A stretch of DNA of 64,000 nt from NCBI GenBank assembly GCA_977017575.1, contig CDRNVI010000016.1, forward strand, positions 248,001-312,000, in the 5' to 3' direction. Position numbers and translations under genes: made by a program. The DNA comes from Paramoeba atlantica (Eukaryota; Protista; Discosea). Positions 62,542 through 64,000 of this stretch are shown piece after piece. A model generated the notes under the pieces. The model had not been told where the DNA came from and made no database searches. It worked only from the letters and a program-made list of their open reading frames with translations. Numbering within the stretch: the stretch's first letter is position 1; every line of letters starts with the position of its first letter.

Positions 62542-63462
62542 ATGCTACGTCGATTAGCCTGCCGCCTTAACCCACGGAATACCTTATCTATTCCCATAAG
62601 AATAACCGAATCCGATATCAATGCGGCTGTGCACTCAAGTTCTGAACATTTACAACAATATCCTTTAAATTCAGGGAAGCGAAGGTGGACAGAAATCGAC
62701 GTGGTGGCTCGAGAGAAGTGGTGCGAGTTCTTCACGACGACAGCACTGACATATCCCCCGAAACGGAATATTGCAGAAGCACAAAAAACTTCTGATGAAA
62801 CTGTAATAGACAGACATTCTCCTTCTTTATTTTGGGGGACGTTTTTTAGTGTGTCACAAGTAATGGATAAGTACGAAACGCTTGTAGGCTATGCGTTGAA
62901 ATTGGGTCAATTTCGCCGTGAGTTGGAGCTAAGAACGTTCCCTATTCGGGACGCCCTCCGCCTAAAGAGATGTTCCGCCCAGGAGCTCGCATCCAAACAA
63001 CGGGAATTGGAAGCTCTTGTGAAAGAAATGGGTGAGTTGGAAGCCGAAAAGACACAGTACGCGGCAAAGTACTTTGACACGTCTGTGTACAATTCCTTGA
63101 TCAATTTGATGAGACTTTTTGGTGAAACAAATCCGCATGCTACCTCCTACGCGCTTCAGATTTTGGATGACATGACGGCTTTGTCTATTCCTTTTGATGA
63201 GACAACTCAGTTACTTTTGAGGAGTCTTACTTTTGGTGATGATGACAGCCACAATTCTGACGCGCTCTTCTCCCTCGTGGAATTTCCGGAGATGGGCCAA
63301 GTTACAAATAAGCTTGATTCGGTAGAAAAATTGGCCCGTGATTCCATAAGGACGATCTCCCGCAGGCACAACCTCCCGATAACAGAAGGTGTTTACCAAC
63401 AAGATAAGGGGACACATCCCTTACTGCCTCGAACACCTGAAGGAGCGGAACAAGAAATATAA
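62542..63462 (+). CDS. Putative mitochondrial protein with a PPR-like motif
   Basis: MLRR presequence; coiled segment; DTSVYNSLINLMR..ALQILDDM..SIPFDETT is PPR-like. Confidence 0.7.
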   Translation: MLRRLACRLNPRNTLSIPIRITESDINAAVHSSSEHLQQYPLNSGKRRWTEIDVVAREKWCEFFTTTALTYPPKRNIAEAQKTSDETVIDRHSPSLFWGTFFSVSQVMDKYETLVGYALKLGQFRRELELRTFPIRDALRLKRCSAQELASKQRELEALVKEMGELEAEKTQYAAKYFDTSVYNSLINLMRLFGETNPHATSYALQILDDMTALSIPFDETTQLLLRSLTFGDDDSHNSDALFSLVEFPEMGQVTNKLDSVEKLARDSIRTISRRHNLPITEGVYQQDKGTHPLLPRTPEGAEQEI

Positions 63463-64000
63463 AACGCGTCTTCGAGTACGTAAGTCTCGCGTATCAAAAA
63501 GTACCTGCGTCATGTGAACAGTTTTCATGAGTTTACATTGATTTCTGGCCGCAGAGTCGTTAAATACAATTTTTTATCAACAGTGCCTAAGTATTGAACA
63601 GCTATTTTTCTACACCTGATATTGAATCTCTATGAAGCCTACGCGTTTAATGATTTTAAAGATTCTAAAGGCAATAAAACACTGACTTTTTTGAATGTAG
63701 TATTGGAAAATTATAAATATACAGATCCCCTGTCCTCCGAGTCTTCTGTCTGATAATGAACGGGAACAAATTTTACCGACCCTATGAACTTTTTACATGT
63801 ATAAGTTGAACCAGTACACTTACCCTGTTGGTTGAGTCGAAGAAAGCTTTTTCTAACGAGATAATCGTTAAATATAGATCACGTTTTTCCCTATTAAGCT
63901 GTTCTATTTTGTTGTATCAATTCCGCACTTCCAGTATCCCGATATTTACATCTACTCCTACTGCCCGCAAATGGCTACGCATCCCGCAGAAAATGCGACT

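Overview
Eukaryotic, intron-free locus with about 29 protein-coding genes, all on the + strand over 64 kb. This looks like a kinetoplastid-style polycistronic unit; a Perkinsela-like prokinetoplastid is my best inference, not proven. Recognisable genes: DNA polymerase delta, a YEATS protein, a RING/B-box/coiled-coil/SPRY (TRIM-like) protein, SMC3, SEL1L/Hrd3, a LanC-like protein, a LYAR zinc finger, RPT6, a cullin lacking its neddylation domain, an LRR protein, a DUF179 protein, an ANK-TPR protein, ABHD11-like and PTGR3/ZADH2-like enzymes, and a ZSWIM7-like protein. The intergenic DNA is packed with cut-and-paste transposon derivatives: Tc1 DDE remnants, Merlin remnants (one with a perfect 8-bp TSD and a nested Tc1 derivative), several TA- or TTA-flanked MITE families with iterated subterminal motifs, and short fold-back hairpins. 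The signal that no annotated feature explains is four 0.7-1 kb GC-rich islands lying largely inside genes. In each, the + strand flips from strongly C-rich to strongly G-rich at the centre, including at synonymous codon positions. This pattern suggests fixed bidirectional sites such as replication origins or bidirectional transcription/R-loop sites.
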